NCBI RefSeq assembly: GCF_963921235.1
Contig: NC_086110.1
Span: forward strand, 12,834,001-12,898,000
DNA: 64,000 bases
Direction: 5' to 3'
Origin: Mobula hypostoma
Lineage: Eukaryota
Within the stretch, counting starts at the first letter, position 1. Each line of letters opens with the position of its first letter. A program made the position numbers and the translations under genes. Below, piece after piece: positions 61,115-64,000 of this stretch. The notes beneath the pieces are model-generated. The model made no database searches, was not told the origin of the DNA, and saw only the letters and a program-made list of their open reading frames with translations.

Positions 61115-63135
61115 AATTAGAAACATAGATAGATAGAACACCTACAGCATAATACAGACCCTTCGGCCCAAAACATGTGCCGGACATGACCCTACCTTAG
61201 AACCACCTCGACTTTACTCATAGCCTCTATTTTTCTAAGGTCCATGTAGCCATCCAGGACACTCTTTAAAGACCCTGTCGTTTCCGCCTCCACCATCGCC
61301 GCCAGCAGACCTTTCCACGCACTCACCACTCTCTGCGTTAAAAACCTTACTCCTGACATCTATCTGTACCTACTTCCAAGTACCTTAAAACTCTTCCCTC
61401 TCGTGATAGCCAATTCAGCCCTGGGGAAAAGCCTCTGACTATCCACACGATCAATGCCTCTCATTATCTTGTATACCTCTATCAGGGCACCTCTCATCCT
61501 CCGTTGCTCCAAGGAGAAAAAGACAGAGTTCACTCAACTATTCTCATAAGGCATGATCCCCAATCCAGGCAACTTCCTTGTAAATCTCCTCTGCATCCTT
61601 TCTATGGTTTCCACGTCCTTCCCGTAGCGAGGCGACCAGAATTGAGCACAATACTCCGAGTCGGGTCTGACCAGTGTCCTATACAGTTGCAGCATTACCT
61701 CTCGGCTCCTAAACTCAATCCCACGATTGATGAAGGCCATTGCACCGTCTGCCTTCTTAACCGCAGAGTTAACCTGTCCTTACGAAGGGGCTCGGCCTGA
61801 AACGTCGACTGCGCTTCTTCCTATGGATGCTGCCTGGCCTGCTGCGTTCACCAGCAACTTTGATGTATGTTGCTTGAATTTCCAGCATCTGCAGAATTCC
61901 TGTTGTTTGAGTTAACCTGTATAGCAGCTTTGAGTGTCCTTTGGATTTGCACCCCAAGATCCCGCTGATCCTCCACACTGCCAAGAGTCTTACCATTAAT
62001 CCTATATTCTGCCATCATATTTGACCTACCAAAATGAACCACCTCACACTTATCCGGGTAGAACTCCATTTACCACTTCTCAGCCTAGTTTTGCATCCTA
62101 TCAATGTCCGGTTAAAACTCTGACAGGCCGCCATACTATCCACAAGACCCCCAGCCTTTGTGTCATCAGCAAATTTACGAACCCGTCCCTTTACTTTCTC
62201 ATCCAGGTGATTTTGTTACGACTTCATTACGTAACAGCAGCAAGAGTTGACAAATTGATTCGGGTTTTAATATAAAAACCACTATATTTATTTACATCTA
62301 CTCAATAATATAGAAAATTAAAGAAGCTGCTTTCTTCAACAGAAGTTAACAGTGTTATGCGCCTATAGCACCCTTACAGTCAAACTTAGAACCAGTTCTT
62401 AACAAATCTTACTCAAGCACCGTCTTAACGTGGCAGTTCAGAGAGTGTCAGTAATTCACGAAATAGGTGAGAGGAGAGACTTGTGGATTCACAATGCAGC
62501 GACAAGGCGATCAGGACGAATTCCAAAGATTCCACAGCTAGCGAACAAAGAAACGGATACCGAAGATCCCAGCCGAGGAATACTGTCCCGAGTTCACGAG
62601 GAGCGATTTCATAAAGTGAATGTCACGAAATCCACACCCATGGATCATACGAAGGACAGACACGTCTCTACAATGCACAGTGTGCCGCTGATTAACCCAG
62701 TCCCCTGGGTATGGGTAAGCATTAGACTTTACCCTTCTCGATCTTGAGCTGTTCCCGGTTAGTTTGAACTCTGCAATCTTCACTCTCTGTCTTTCCTTCG
62801 ACTCCTTCGACTCCTCTTCAGCACTATGCCCACTCTTCTTTAATACCGTCGGCATACGTCATAAAGTAATGCTCACAGAAACGAAACTGTGGACCCCCAA
62901 TGAAACGAAACTGTGGACCCCCAATGAAACGAAACTGGGGACAGGTGACGCCCACAGTAAACGAAACTATGGACTCCCCGGAAAACGGAACTGTGGACAC
63001 GTAACAGTTTATAAAAATCACAAAGAGTAGGGATCTCAGAACAGATCCCTGAGGCACATCACTGGTCACCGGCCTCCATGCAGAACTACTCACCCGTCTA
63101 CAACCACTCTTGCTGCGTTCACAAGCATTTTGTTT
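61115..63135 (-). mobile_element. CR1 3-prime half with a nested Penelope-derived element (about 61777-61915) and a solo LTR
   Basis: AFINRGIEFRSREV and MEFYPDKCEV motifs; the CR1 sequence resumes after each insert. Confidence 0.85.
62214..63006. mobile_element. 793-bp solo-LTR-like insert
   Basis: TGTTACG...CGTAACA inverted termini, a near-TSD ATTT/GTTT and an internal 24-bp tandem repeat at 62878-62937. Confidence 0.8.
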
Positions 63136-63289
63136 CTGAGCGTGTTGCACTCTTTGCCTTCTATTTTGGTAAATTCCAAACTACTGCAAGCAAAAGGAAG
63201 CATTTCCAGCGAGAAAAAACGTGCTCACCTCATCCTGTTAATAAACTGCATTAACATTACGGGATTCCTAAAGGTGCACTTCCTTGGTA

Positions 63290-63755
63290 TTAACATTTCC
63301 CGGGCAATTAACTATGCCTTTGGTAATGCCCCACCTCCCCCTCGTACCCCATCTGTTACTTATTTTTATACACACATTCTTTCTCTCACTCTCCTTTTTC
63401 TCTCCCTGTCCCTCTGAATATACCTCTTGCCCATCCTCTGGGTCCCCCCCGCCCCTCGTCTTTCTTCCCGGACCTCCTGTCCCATGATCCTCTCGTATCC
63501 CTTTTGCCTATCACCTGTCCAGCTCTTGGCTCCATCCCTCCACCTCCTGTCTTCTTCTATCATTTTGGATCTCCCCCTCCCCTTCCAACTTTCAAATCCC
63601 TTACTCACTCTTCCTTCAGTTAGTCATGACGAAGGGTCTCGGCCTGAAACGTCGACTGCACCTCTTCCTAGAGATGCTGCCTGGCCTGCTGCGTTCACCA
63701 GCAACTTTTATGTGTGTTGCTTGAATTTCCAGCATCTGCAGAATTCCTGTTGTAT
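63290..63755 (+). mobile_element. Penelope-derived element terminal repeat
   Basis: Close similarity to the reverse complement of 30868-31320. Confidence 0.8.
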
Positions 63756-64000
63756 CGCTTTAAGAACTGTTTTCGCATTTAACGCTTTAAGAACCAGAGC
63801 CGAGTGGAGTTGATGAACTGCTGCGTACCTATTTAACCTCCGGTCAAAGTTTTCCTTTTTTTTTCCCTTATCGTTTATACGTGTTTAATAAATGCTGGGT
63901 TGTTTTTATAAAACCTGTCTCGATTAATATTCATTGTTGCTGGTTGCATAACAATGTTCTTATTGTCGTCCCAAGGCCCCCTCTTGTGCCACCATGAGGC

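Overview
AT-rich, intron-containing vertebrate DNA dense in retroelements. The repeat families (CR1 with an esterase ORF1, Penelope-derived short elements, Rex1/Babar, RTE) suggest a cartilaginous fish, probably a ray; this is an inference. The non-repeat content is a minus-strand cluster of non-rearranging, antigen-receptor-like Ig-superfamily genes, reconstructed by hand from splice signals and exon phases. Gene A (12767 to 5064) splices into a stop-free 305-aa ORF of 7 exons: leader, single-exon V(J), C1-set domain, Arg-containing TM and three cytoplasmic exons. Its TAA sits just upstream of an in-frame canonical ITIM (VVYAKV), and a CR1 has inserted into the ancestral last codons. Gene B (33017 to 32463) has a paralogous leader and V(J) exon with a nonsense codon and no visible C1. 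Between A and B lie extra TM/cytoplasmic exon cassettes, one uncharged and one Arg-bearing with a truncated tail, which resembles a paired activating/inhibitory receptor family under birth-and-death turnover. No rearranging V/D/J segments with 12/23 RSSs were found. The rest, especially 35-64 kb, is mostly nested LINEs, two solo-LTR-like inserts with TSDs, hAT and Chapaev3-like relics, and about ten Penelope-type minimal hammerhead motifs. Exon coordinates are base-counted; TE boundaries are approximate unless a TSD is given.
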